Below are positions 25,850-34,631 of a stretch of DNA of 64,000 nucleotides, piece after piece; position 1 is the first letter of the stretch, and each line of letters starts with the position of its first letter. The stretch comes from a virus. Taxonomy: Duplodnaviria > Caudoviricetes. A program made the translations under genes and the position numbers. The notes below the pieces were generated by a model. The model was not told the origin of the DNA, made no database searches, and worked only from the letters and a program-made list of their open reading frames with translations. The stretch is from the IMG/VR virus record IMGVR_UViG_2933953506_000002, positions 51,775 through 115,774 of that record; one strand, written 5' to 3'.

Positions 25850-27139
25850 ATGCCCGACAACGCTCGCATCAAGGAACTGCAGAAGCAGCTCCAGGCCAAG
25901 AGCGCCGAGGCCGAGGAGATCAGCAAGTCCTTCAAGGTCGAGGACGGCGGGTTCGTCGTCTCCACCGAGCAGGCCACGAAGTTCCGTAGGATCTCCAGCG
26001 AGGCGCAGGAGATCAAGTCCCTCATCGACGCCGAGCAGGGCCTGATCGAGGTCAAGCAGTACCTCGACACCCCGGAGACCACGCCGGCCGCGGCCGCGCA
26101 CTACGGCAAGACGCCGACCCTGGAGGAGAAGTCCCTCGGTGACCTGTTCATCGAGTCCGACTCCTTCAAGCGCGCCAGCGCCTCTGGGTTCGACGACCGC
26201 CCGTACATCCGCTCCGCGATGGAGGGGAAGTCGATCTTCTCCCTGTCCGCGGGCACCGTCACGCACCAGACCCTCGGCAGCGTCCAGAACCTGGGCATCG
26301 CCGAACGGCAGTTCCGCAAGTTCCACATCCGGGATCTGTTCCCGAAGTCCTCGACCAAGCAGGCCGTCCTCTACGGCGCCCGAGAGACCGGCTGGACCAA
26401 CAACGCCCGCCAGGTGAAGGAGCGCTACGCCGCCGACGGGACCAGTCCGGCGACCGGCGCGGACACCGACACCTGGGGCCGCGCACCGCGGTCCAAGCTG
26501 GCCCTTACGCCGGTGATGTACCCGGTTGCCGAGATCGCGCATTTGATCGATTCCCACAAGAACATCCTCACGGACGAACCGCGTCTGAAGACGTTCATCA
26601 ATGGGCGCATGGTCGAGGGGGTCAAGTACCAGGAGGACTGGGACCTGCTCCACTCCGTCGGCGACGGCCAGTCCCTCACCGGCATCTACAACACGCCGGG
26701 CGTCCAGCAGTACACCGGCCTTGCGGCCGACAAGTACAGCGTCCAGATCCGGCGCGCCATCACCAAGGCGCTCCTGGCTGAGTACGAGCCGACCGGCATC
26801 GTCCTGTCGCCCACGATGTGGGAGCACGTCGAGGTCGAAGAGGACGACAACGGCGCGTTCCGCGTCGCCGTCGCCGTCGCCATCGGCGCGGAGAAGAAAG
26901 TGTGGAGGCTGAACGTCGTCGAGACCACGGCCATGGCAGACACGGACTTCCTGATCGGCGCCTTCGGGTTGGGCGCCCAGTTGCACGACAGGGAGAACGT
27001 CAGCGTCACCGTCTCCTCGGAGAACGCGGAGAACTTCGAGAAGGGGCTGATCACCTTCCGTGCGGACGAGCGCGTGGCCCTTGAGGTTCCGCGTCCCGAG
27101 TCGTTCGTCATCGGCACCTGGACGCAGCCCACCGGCTGA
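25850..27139 (+). CDS. Major capsid protein (HK97 fold)
   Basis: Coiled-coil delta domain, IAHLIDSHKNILTD, GDGQSLTGI, FEKGLITFRADERVALEVPRPESF. Confidence 0.93.
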   Translation: MPDNARIKELQKQLQAKSAEAEEISKSFKVEDGGFVVSTEQATKFRRISSEAQEIKSLIDAEQGLIEVKQYLDTPETTPAAAAHYGKTPTLEEKSLGDLFIESDSFKRASASGFDDRPYIRSAMEGKSIFSLSAGTVTHQTLGSVQNLGIAERQFRKFHIRDLFPKSSTKQAVLYGARETGWTNNARQVKERYAADGTSPATGADTDTWGRAPRSKLALTPVMYPVAEIAHLIDSHKNILTDEPRLKTFINGRMVEGVKYQEDWDLLHSVGDGQSLTGIYNTPGVQQYTGLAADKYSVQIRRAITKALLAEYEPTGIVLSPTMWEHVEVEEDDNGAFRVAVAVAIGAEKKVWRLNVVETTAMADTDFLIGAFGLGAQLHDRENVSVTVSSENAENFEKGLITFRADERVALEVPRPESFVIGTWTQPTG

Positions 27140-27222
27140 CCCGGACGCGGGTGAGGGGTGTGTCCCGCCGTAGGCGGGCGCGCCCCCTCCACGTACCACC
27201 ACCACGACCACGGAGGACGCCG

Positions 27223-27498
27223 GTGATCGAGATACAACCCCTTGGCCTCGCGGCAGAGTTGGACGCGCTTGCCAACGCCCCCGCCACCCACCGGGGCCCT
27301 CAGTGCAGCATCGGGGCGTTCCTGGCCGCCGCAGATGAGAAGGCAACGGCATCCCTGCGCGCGGCCCTGGACTCTGACCGTGTCACGGCGAAGTCCATCG
27401 CCGACACCCTCAGCCGGTACGGCGACGCGGTCACCGCGTACACCGTCGCCCGGCACCGGCGCCGCGGGCAGTCCAACGGATGCCGGTGCGAGCGATGA
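27223..27498 (+). CDS. Small HTH-like/Cys-containing protein
   Basis: GGAGG RBS; CSIG...RHRRR...CRC; ATGA overlap with the next gene. Confidence 0.7.
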   Translation: MIEIQPLGLAAELDALANAPATHRGPQCSIGAFLAAADEKATASLRAALDSDRVTAKSIADTLSRYGDAVTAYTVARHRRRGQSNGCRCER

Positions 27499-28742
27499 GC
27501 CTGGACAGCGACCTGCAGGCGCTCCTCGAACCGGCCTCCCCCGAGCAGAGCCACCCCGCGCAGGCACAGCGCACGCTGCCGGCCGCCCCCCGCGGCTGGG
27601 AGGCAGGAGTCCGGTTCGAGCCCGGCGGCACGATGGTCGTCACGGCCCCGCCCACTGAGGCGAAGCCCGGCGGCGAAGCTGACTGGCGCGAGCGCGTCGA
27701 GGAGATGGGACTTGCCGTCCCCGACGGGTTCCGCGTCCGCCTCGTGGAGGCCAAGCACGACCCAGCCGCCTGGCACCGCGACAACCAGGGCGACGACGCC
27801 GTCACCCGGGCCGTGTGGCGCTGCCGGTACGTCATCGAACCGGCCGCTCTCGCCTGGCAGTCCACCGGTGACGTCGACGCCCTCGTGCGCGATGCGATGC
27901 GCCGCCGCCGCAAGGCCCGACCAACGGTCGACACCGCGGAGCGCGCCCTGGTCGTGGTCTACGCCGACGCCCAGGCCGGAAAGGTCGGGAGGGACGGCGG
28001 AACCCCCGAGTTGATCGCGCGCGTCGCCGACCGCTTCGACAAGCTCGACGACCACGTACGCGACCTCAAGGCCATTGGTCGCGGCCCCACCGCGGCGTAC
28101 TGGATGGACGCCGGAGACTGCGTCGAGAACTACGAGAACACCGCCCAGCAGGCGTACACCAACGACCTGACCATGACGGAGATGATCCGCGTCCACCGTC
28201 GGATCACCTTCGAGGGCCTGGACCGCCTAGCCGGACGCTTCGGCCGCGTCGTCGCCGCGACGTGCGGCTCGAATCACGGCCGAGTGCGACGCGGCCGTGA
28301 GGCTGTCGGACCGCCCAGCGACGATTGGGGCCTTGAAGTCCTGTCGCAGATCGCCGACGCGTACGCCCGCAACCAGGACGCCTACGGGCACGTCAGCTTC
28401 GTCATGCCGGAACGGTGGCGGGAGTCGGTGTCGCTGGACGTTGCCGGCACCATCGTGGGCCTGTCGCACGGGCACCAATACCCGCGGCCGGATAAGGCCG
28501 TGGACTGGTGGCGCGGACAGACCTTCGGGCGGCAGCCGATCGCCGACGCGGACGTGTTGATCACCGGCCACTTCCACCACTTCCGCGCCCAGCAGGTCGG
28601 CAACGGCCGACTGTGGATTCAAGCCCCCACCCTCGACAACGGGTCCGATTGGTACACCGCGCGCAGTGGAGAGGTGTCCGCGTCCGGCCTCCTCGTGTTC
28701 AGCATCGGTCCCGACGGCTGGGACGACCTTCGGCTCCTGTGA
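27495..28742 (+). CDS. Calcineurin-like metallophosphoesterase (Mre11-like)
   Basis: ADAQ, GDCVE, SNHG, SHGH and GHFHH motifs. Confidence 0.85.
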   Translation: MSLDSDLQALLEPASPEQSHPAQAQRTLPAAPRGWEAGVRFEPGGTMVVTAPPTEAKPGGEADWRERVEEMGLAVPDGFRVRLVEAKHDPAAWHRDNQGDDAVTRAVWRCRYVIEPAALAWQSTGDVDALVRDAMRRRRKARPTVDTAERALVVVYADAQAGKVGRDGGTPELIARVADRFDKLDDHVRDLKAIGRGPTAAYWMDAGDCVENYENTAQQAYTNDLTMTEMIRVHRRITFEGLDRLAGRFGRVVAATCGSNHGRVRRGREAVGPPSDDWGLEVLSQIADAYARNQDAYGHVSFVMPERWRESVSLDVAGTIVGLSHGHQYPRPDKAVDWWRGQTFGRQPIADADVLITGHFHHFRAQQVGNGRLWIQAPTLDNGSDWYTARSGEVSASGLLVFSIGPDGWDDLRLL

Positions 28743-28748
28743 GGGGCA

Positions 28749-28778
28749 CCAAGATCGTTCTTGCGTAATTGTGCAAGC
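28749..28778 (-). repeat. 30-bp operator-like repeat, copy 3 (inverted)
   Basis: Reverse complement is GCTTGCACAATTACGCAAGAACGATCTTGG, 2 mismatches to copy 1. Confidence 0.85.
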
Positions 28779-28788
28779 CCACCCAGGG

Positions 28789-28819
28789 CGCGACCGTAGC
28801 TTTCTCTGTCCCCCATCCT
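28789..28819 (+). promoter_or_regulatory. Late-promoter-like motif CGCGAC-N19-CATCCT
   Basis: Conserved spacing, intergenic. Confidence 0.75.
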
Positions 28820-28857
28820 TCCGCGGCCACCACACCGGAAGCAGCGGAAGGAAACCC

Positions 28858-29322
28858 ATGGGGCTCTACCGAGAGAACGGGCAGCGGATCACGAAGGCGG
28901 CGTTCCCGGCCGCCGCGCTCACCGACCCGCCCAAGCGCATCACCGAGAACGTCTACCAGACCGAGCCGTACGGCCGCGGCGACGGCCGCCCCGAAGGCTC
29001 CCGCCGTCACCTGCTCTACGAGGCCGGGGACATCGTCCCTCAGTCGGTGATCGACCGGCTGTTCACCACGGCGACGATCGACACCGTCACGCCGGCCACC
29101 GGCCCGGCCGCGGGCGGCACCACCGTCACCATTACCGGCAGCGCCCTCGACGGCGTCTCCGCGGTGAACTTCGGCGCGACCGCCGGGACCGAACTCAAGG
29201 TCGTCTCCGCGACCGAGCTGCGCGTCAAGACGCCCGCAGGCGCGTCCGGGGCGGCGAACGTCGTCCTCGTCGACGACGCCGGCAACGTCACCAAGACCAA
29301 CGGCTTCACCTACACCGCCTGA
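28858..29322 (+). CDS. IPT/TIG (Ig-like) domain virion protein
   Basis: TPATGPAAGGTTVTITGS...VNFG...TPAG...GFTY. Confidence 0.85.
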   Translation: MGLYRENGQRITKAAFPAAALTDPPKRITENVYQTEPYGRGDGRPEGSRRHLLYEAGDIVPQSVIDRLFTTATIDTVTPATGPAAGGTTVTITGSALDGVSAVNFGATAGTELKVVSATELRVKTPAGASGAANVVLVDDAGNVTKTNGFTYTA

Positions 29323-29331
29323 TCCCGGGCG

Positions 29332-29369
29332 CCGGGCGTCCCCTGTGCCCTGTCTGTGGGGACGCCCGG
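29332..29369. terminator. 12-bp stem-loop after the IPT gene
   Basis: CCGGGCGTCCCC...GGGGACGCCCGG. Confidence 0.55.
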
Positions 29370-29408
29370 TACCGCTGTGCGTCCGCGCTGCCCACCGCAG
29401 CGACAGGG

Positions 29409-29439
29409 CGCGACACAAGCGCCGCCCGGTGTGCAGGGT
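29409..29439 (+). promoter_or_regulatory. Late-promoter-like motif CGCGAC-N19-CAGGGT
   Basis: Conserved spacing, intergenic. Confidence 0.7.
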
Positions 29440-29477
29440 GCGCGCCGACCGGACCACCACCCGAGAGGGAGCCACCC

Positions 29478-30014
29478 ATGGCAGGCAACACCACCCGCAC
29501 CCGTAAGACCACCGCGGCGAAGCCCACGGAGGCCGGCGACACCCCCGTCGCCGAGACCGAGCAGACCACCGCCGATCCCTCGGGCGATCTGGCCACCGAG
29601 GAATCCAACTCCTCGGCGGGCGCCGAGGAGTCCCCCGCGGCCGAGACCAGCCCGAAGGCGCCCGACGTGGCCCCGCTGGAGCCTCCGGCCGTTCACGAGG
29701 CCCCCGAGCCCCCGGCGGAGCCCGGCTACGTCTCCCCGACCGAGGTCATCCCCGACGACATCGCCGAGGTCATCCTCGACGACGCCACCAAGGAACCCCC
29801 GGCCGACATCGACGCCGTGTTCCAGCCCGTCACCCCGTACGGCTCCACCCTCCGCTGCACCGTCCGACTGGTCGAGCGGACCTACGTGGGCCCGCACCGC
29901 AACCCGATCGAGCGGCTGCTGCAGCCCAAGGGCGCCCACGTCTCCGAGAGCATCGCCGCCCGCATCCGCGAGCGCCTGGTCGCGCAGGCCGACGCCACCA
30001 GCACCGAGAAGTAG
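29478..30014 (+). CDS. Hypothetical virion-module protein
   Basis: GAGGGAG RBS; acidic N-terminus. Confidence 0.75.
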   Translation: MAGNTTRTRKTTAAKPTEAGDTPVAETEQTTADPSGDLATEESNSSAGAEESPAAETSPKAPDVAPLEPPAVHEAPEPPAEPGYVSPTEVIPDDIAEVILDDATKEPPADIDAVFQPVTPYGSTLRCTVRLVERTYVGPHRNPIERLLQPKGAHVSESIAARIRERLVAQADATSTEK

Positions 30015-30025
30015 GGGAGGCCGGG

Positions 30026-30889
30026 GTGTCGGTCATCGACTACGAACCCATGTACGGCGGGGCGCACTACGACCCCGAACCGGCCGGAGGGCAGGTCACG
30101 AGCCTCGTCCTCTACGACGGCCCGGAACGCACCACCGAAGTTGCCGCGGCAGGGCCGGGCACTCGACTGCGTCCCGGGACGTACCGGTTCGCGCTGCCCG
30201 ACGTGCTACCCGGCCGGTACTGGGCGACCGTCACTTTCACCCCGAGCAACGGCGCCCAGCCCGTCAAGGACCAGTCCGTACGGCTGGACCTCCCCCTCGG
30301 GCTGGGGCTCGCCACCTCCCCGGAAGCCGTCGCCGACGACCTCGGCGTTCCGCTCCCGCTCACCCCCTCCCAGCGCGACTCCCTCACGACCGCGATCCGC
30401 CGGGCGCAAGCCGACGTCGAGGGCTACCTCGGCCGCTCCCTCATTCCGCGCGTCGTCACCCGCACCGCGGTCACGCCCTACTGGCGCCCCGGTGAGGACC
30501 TGACCGACCCCGAGGCGTGGCCGTTCGACATCGACGACGACTGGCAGGTGTCCGCCTACCGCGACCGCGGGGACGGCGCGTACGACGTCGACCTCCTCGT
30601 GGGCCTGGACGGCGCCGCCGAAGACCCGGTCGTCCGCTACGTCACCGCCCACGCCGCGGAGTCCGAACGCAACCGGCCCGGCGGCGTCGGCGCCCAGGGC
30701 CGCCGCGTCTCCTCCGTGAGTGCTGAAGGACAGTCGATCTCGTACGACTCAGCGCCCACGACCGGTCAGGCCGGCGCCCTGCCGACCATCGACACCCTGT
30801 CCCGGTTGAAGCGCCGCCTGTGGCAGTCGCTCGCCACCCCGCCGCGCCCGCCGTGGCCGTACTCCTCCACCCGCTACCGCCGCCGCTGA
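30026..30889 (+). CDS. Head-tail connector/adaptor-like protein
   Basis: Position; AQADVEGYLGR and SVSAEGQSISY patterns. Confidence 0.7.
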   Translation: MSVIDYEPMYGGAHYDPEPAGGQVTSLVLYDGPERTTEVAAAGPGTRLRPGTYRFALPDVLPGRYWATVTFTPSNGAQPVKDQSVRLDLPLGLGLATSPEAVADDLGVPLPLTPSQRDSLTTAIRRAQADVEGYLGRSLIPRVVTRTAVTPYWRPGEDLTDPEAWPFDIDDDWQVSAYRDRGDGAYDVDLLVGLDGAAEDPVVRYVTAHAAESERNRPGGVGAQGRRVSSVSAEGQSISYDSAPTTGQAGALPTIDTLSRLKRRLWQSLATPPRPPWPYSSTRYRRR

Positions 30890-30905
30890 ACAGGAGCTGC
30901 CCCGC

Positions 30906-31238
30906 ATGGCCGTCGTGCTGCCGAATGCCACGCTGACGGTGCGCGCGCTCGCCCACCCCTGGGAGCGCGACGCCAACGGCGTGCCCGTACCGCCGAACCC
31001 AAATCAGAAGCCGGCCCCGCGCGGCACCTGGCCCGGGTCGGTCCTCGAGCAGACCGACGGCTCATGGTCGGTACGCCTCGACCCGCAGGCATGGCCGGTC
31101 AAGGAGGGCGACACCATCGAGGACGAGACCGGCAGGTCCTGGACCCTGACCAGCGCCCGCAACCACACCGTGCCCAGATACTCCGACGCCGACTATGTCC
31201 AGGCAACTGCCACCCTCAACCCGCCGGAGATCCCCTGA
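30906..31238 (+). CDS. Head-closure (stopper)-like protein
   Basis: Position and size; RDANG...GDTI...W pattern. Confidence 0.65.
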   Translation: MAVVLPNATLTVRALAHPWERDANGVPVPPNPNQKPAPRGTWPGSVLEQTDGSWSVRLDPQAWPVKEGDTIEDETGRSWTLTSARNHTVPRYSDADYVQATATLNPPEIP

Positions 31239-31768
31239 TGGCGAAGTTCACGGCCGCCCCCGGGCTCGAGGAGGCGCTCGCCCGGATGGTGGCGCCCCAC
31301 GTCCAACGGATCGCTCAGCAGGTGGAGATCGAGGCCAAGCGGCTCGCCCCGCCGGTCAAGCGCTGGATCACCGTCGGCGACGACAAGGTGCGCCCGACCC
31401 ACGTCGCCGCCCAGGGCCAAGAGGTCCCGGGCAACCTGCGATTCGCCATCAACTCCATGGACTGGGACCGCCGGCACCGCGGCCTCGGCGACAAGACGTA
31501 CATGCGAGAGCCCAAGGACCAGTCCTCCCGCGCCGTCGCCAACATCAAGAACTGCCGGTGCACAACCCACAGCGACCCGGACGGCATCGCAAGGAACATC
31601 AACACCGGCCCGCCCGTCGTCTCCGGGAAGAAGGTCACCGTGACCGTCACCGCCCGCGGCCACCTGGTCGTCGAGGCCGAAGTCGGCACGGTCTACCCCG
31701 GCAACCTCGTCGCCGACGGCGCGCACTTCATGTCCCGTGGCGCTGCCATCGTCGCCAGCCGCCGCTAG
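31238..31768 (+). CDS. HK97 gp10-like neck/tail-completion protein with an inserted MuF-like motif
   Basis: EAKRLAP...EVGT...HFM frame with internal WITVGDDKVRPTH...NCRC. Confidence 0.7.
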   Translation: MAKFTAAPGLEEALARMVAPHVQRIAQQVEIEAKRLAPPVKRWITVGDDKVRPTHVAAQGQEVPGNLRFAINSMDWDRRHRGLGDKTYMREPKDQSSRAVANIKNCRCTTHSDPDGIARNINTGPPVVSGKKVTVTVTARGHLVVEAEVGTVYPGNLVADGAHFMSRGAAIVASRR

Positions 31769-32583
31769 GCTCCGATGTCCTCCAGCTCAACGGTCACCCG
31801 GCTCACGGTCACAAGGGCGCGAAGTACTTCCCGCGCGGAATTGATGCCGCTGTCGAGGAGACGCAATGATGCGGGGTTTCCGTCTCTTCGGTTACGCAAC
31901 TCCTGAACGTGATGCTCCACCATGCTGATGGAAGGAGTCTTTTCGAGGACCTGTACCGCCTTCCGCATATCCGAATACCGGGGATTAGGCAGCCACCGCA
32001 AGTCCAGCTCTTCGAGACGAGGTCGAACATCTTCGTCGAGAGACCGCCAGCTCAAGATGATCTCGTTGAACCACTCCGAGTCACGGTAGGAAGGATTGGC
32101 GGGGAAGAGTGCAGTCAGGGCGTTGTCTCGCGCAGCTGCAGTCTCGCGTAGAACCTCGTATCTTTCGCTGTCCGATCTCTGACGGTAGCGCTGTAGAGCC
32201 ATCCTGGCCTGGTCGTTCGCATCGGATGCTCTCTCAAAAGCTGAGGGAAGGTTCGCCCGTACGTCTTCTGCGACGCGCAGGTTCAAGGCGTCACGCACGC
32301 GTGCAGCGCCCTTCTTGGCCCGTCGCCTGATCGACAGCCGCGCTTGGGTCTCGGCCTGATGAGTGTTCAGCCATCCCAACACGACAAGAGCTGTCGGGAT
32401 TCCGAAGAGCACACTCGTCATGCTTGACAGCAAGTTAGTCAGGAAGCCGAAGTTGTCCCACCAGCCGACAGTGTCGCCGTAAACCCCAAAAGCTGTCATC
32501 GTGACGCCCAGCGGTAGACAAATATAGGTCGCCCACTTTGCCGATGGCGCAGTCTCAGACCAGAAACCGGTCACGCGATTCAT
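31765..32583 (-). CDS. Moron: two-TM membrane protein inserted antisense in the tail operon
   Basis: GGGAGGG RBS before ATG 32583; lower GC; two N-terminal hydrophobic helices. Confidence 0.75.
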   Translation of the reverse strand: MNRVTGFWSETAPSAKWATYICLPLGVTMTAFGVYGDTVGWWDNFGFLTNLLSSMTSVLFGIPTALVVLGWLNTHQAETQARLSIRRRAKKGAARVRDALNLRVAEDVRANLPSAFERASDANDQARMALQRYRQRSDSERYEVLRETAAARDNALTALFPANPSYRDSEWFNEIILSWRSLDEDVRPRLEELDLRWLPNPRYSDMRKAVQVLEKTPSISMVEHHVQELRNRRDGNPASLRLLDSGINSAREVLRALVTVSRVTVELEDIGA

Positions 32584-32608
32584 GTGTTCCCTCCCCTTAG
32601 GTCTAGGA

Positions 32609-32639
32609 GGCGACGCTAGCGGGCCGTTGCCTCCACAGT
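32609..32639 (+). promoter_or_regulatory. Late-promoter-like motif GGCGAC-N19-CACAGT
   Basis: ATG 32647 lies 7 nt downstream. Confidence 0.7.
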
Positions 32640-32646
32640 GCGCGCT

Positions 32647-32919
32647 ATGGCTACGAACACCACCACCAAGCGGACCGCCGCCGAGACCGAAGAATCCGTC
32701 GCGGCCACCACCGAAAGCACTGGGGCCCGCCCCGAGCACACTGCAAGCCGCGCCCCGGTCGTCGGCCCGCCCCTCGGCGAGGGCCAGGAGCCGGTGACCG
32801 TCACCCTGTCGCATCACCTGCGCATCGACGGCACCGACTACACGCCCGGCGCCGAGATCATCGTCTCCCCGGACTACGCCCGCCGTCTCCGCGGTCAGGG
32901 CTTCACCGCTCGCACCTGA
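32647..32919 (+). CDS. Small hypothetical virion-module protein, probably leaderless
   Basis: YTPGAEI..S...ARRL...G pattern; TGATG overlap with the next gene. Confidence 0.7.
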   Translation: MATNTTTKRTAAETEESVAATTESTGARPEHTASRAPVVGPPLGEGQEPVTVTLSHHLRIDGTDYTPGAEIIVSPDYARRLRGQGFTART

Positions 32920-33344
32920 TGACCGAGCTGACCCTCGCGGACGCCGACCCGGTATCCGCTCTCCTGGCCTGGCTCCAGCAGAGCGCCGAGGCCGCCGATG
33001 CCCTCGGCGGCCCCGGACGAGTATCCGGCATCGCCGAAGCGCCGTGGCCGCACCTGGTCATCGGCCACGGCCCCGGCGGCGACCTCCGCGACTTCCGATG
33101 GGCCACCGCTCCGGAGGTGACTCTCGAGGTCCACGGAGACCCGGGCGGCTGGCCGGGCAAGGCCGAACTCCGGCGCATCCTCGTCGGCTGCGCGCAGGCC
33201 GCCCAGAGCATCGTCGAGGCCCCACACACGCCCGGCCAGCCGGTCATCAACGGCGTGAAACCCTCCGGCCTCCTCCTCTGGTCACCACTCGTCGACGGCC
33301 AACCCCGATGGCTGCTGAACCTCTCCGTGACCCTCCACCCCTGA
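32919..33344 (+). CDS. Tail terminator-like protein
   Basis: Size and position directly before the major tail gene. Confidence 0.65.
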   Translation: MTELTLADADPVSALLAWLQQSAEAADALGGPGRVSGIAEAPWPHLVIGHGPGGDLRDFRWATAPEVTLEVHGDPGGWPGKAELRRILVGCAQAAQSIVEAPHTPGQPVINGVKPSGLLLWSPLVDGQPRWLLNLSVTLHP

Positions 33345-33347
33345 CGA

Positions 33348-33378
33348 CGCGACGCTAACCACCTCGGCTCTCCAAGGT
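33348..33378 (+). promoter_or_regulatory. Late-promoter-like motif CGCGAC-N19-CAAGGT
   Basis: Conserved spacing, intergenic. Confidence 0.75.
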
Positions 33379-33417
33379 GGCCCGGCCTTACCACCGGACC
33401 CCCTTGGAGAGCACGTC

Positions 33418-34005
33418 ATGGCAGGCGAAGCCAACAGCAACCAGATCGTCATCCCCGCAGTCACTCGGATCTACCTGGGACCTGTCGGGTCCACGGCGCC
33501 GGCCGACGCCACGTCGGCGATGCCCGAAGCCCTCCGAAATTGCGGCCTTTCCACCGAGGACAGCCTGAAGTTCAACACCGAGCCCAACTTCGAGCAAGTC
33601 AGAAGTGCCCAGTCCTCCTACCCGACCCGGACCTTCCAGACCACGGACGCGGCGACGATCGAAATCGACCTGCAGCAGTGGTCCGGCGAGAACTTCAAGG
33701 CCGTGTACGGCGGCGGCGAGATCAGCGAGATCACCGTGGCCGGCCAGACCAGTGTCAAGCACTACAAGTTCTCCCCGCCGAAGATCGGCGGCCGTACCGA
33801 GGTGATGGCCGTCGTCGAGGTCATCGACGGCGGCAAGCACTACCGGTTCGTCTTTCCGCGCTGCATGCAGATGGAAGGCGTCTCCGGCGACCTCGCCAAG
33901 ACCAAGGAAGCCGTCCTTCCTCTGCGCCTCGCCGTCCAGGGCGGCGACGACCTCGACGCCTGGTATGTCATCACCGACGACCCGGCGTTCGACCTGACGG
34001 CGTGA
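33418..34005 (+). CDS. Major tail protein
   Basis: IYLGPVGSTAP, GLSTEDS and VIDGGKHYR patterns typical of actinophage tail tubes; position. Confidence 0.85.
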   Translation: MAGEANSNQIVIPAVTRIYLGPVGSTAPADATSAMPEALRNCGLSTEDSLKFNTEPNFEQVRSAQSSYPTRTFQTTDAATIEIDLQQWSGENFKAVYGGGEISEITVAGQTSVKHYKFSPPKIGGRTEVMAVVEVIDGGKHYRFVFPRCMQMEGVSGDLAKTKEAVLPLRLAVQGGDDLDAWYVITDDPAFDLTA

Positions 34006-34020
34006 CCTCTCTCGGCAGCG

Positions 34021-34051
34021 CGCGACACAAGCCCTGACGGCTTGCCACTGT
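34021..34051 (+). promoter_or_regulatory. Late-promoter-like motif CGCGAC-N19-CACTGT
   Basis: Conserved spacing, intergenic. Confidence 0.75.
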
Positions 34052-34106
34052 CCGCGCGCTGCCGCACCCCCGCGACTCAGCTACGCAGACACGAGAGGTC
34101 ACGCAC

Positions 34107-34631
34107 ATGTCGTACGTCATCGACCTGGACGCGGAACGCCGTGAGGTCCAGTACCCCGACGGCATCCCGGTCAAGTTCGGCGGAGAGCAGTTCATCTTCC
34201 CCGCGGAACTGCCGGCCGAAGCCCTCGACCCGATCCTCTCGGACGAGTTGGACCTGGTCGGGCTCCTCGGCGACGTCATCGACTCCGCCGAAGGTGACGC
34301 GGGAATCACCGAGGTCGTCACCGCCCTGTTCCGCCGCCCGTCCCTGCCGCGGAAGTTCCTCGCCGCGATCCGGGAGACGTACGCCGTCCTCCTCCGCGAC
34401 CAGCATGAGGACTTCCTCAAGCAGCGCCCGTACATCGGCGACTACGTCCGTCTGACGACCGCTCTGACCCGCGTCTACGGGGTGGAGCTGGGGAAACTCT
34501 TTCGGTCGGCCGACTCCTCCGCGAACGATTCGCAGACGTCGAAGCCGACCTCTCCCGATACCACCGGATCGACGCCCGACGCGTCTGGCTCCGACCAGGA
34601 CAGCCCGGATTCCTCGGAGTCCGACGGCTGA
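34107..34631 (+). CDS. Tail assembly chaperone (gpG-like)
   Basis: Lies between the major tail and tape measure genes; ELGK at slippery site GGGGAAAC. Confidence 0.82.
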   Translation: MSYVIDLDAERREVQYPDGIPVKFGGEQFIFPAELPAEALDPILSDELDLVGLLGDVIDSAEGDAGITEVVTALFRRPSLPRKFLAAIRETYAVLLRDQHEDFLKQRPYIGDYVRLTTALTRVYGVELGKLFRSADSSANDSQTSKPTSPDTTGSTPDASGSDQDSPDSSESDG

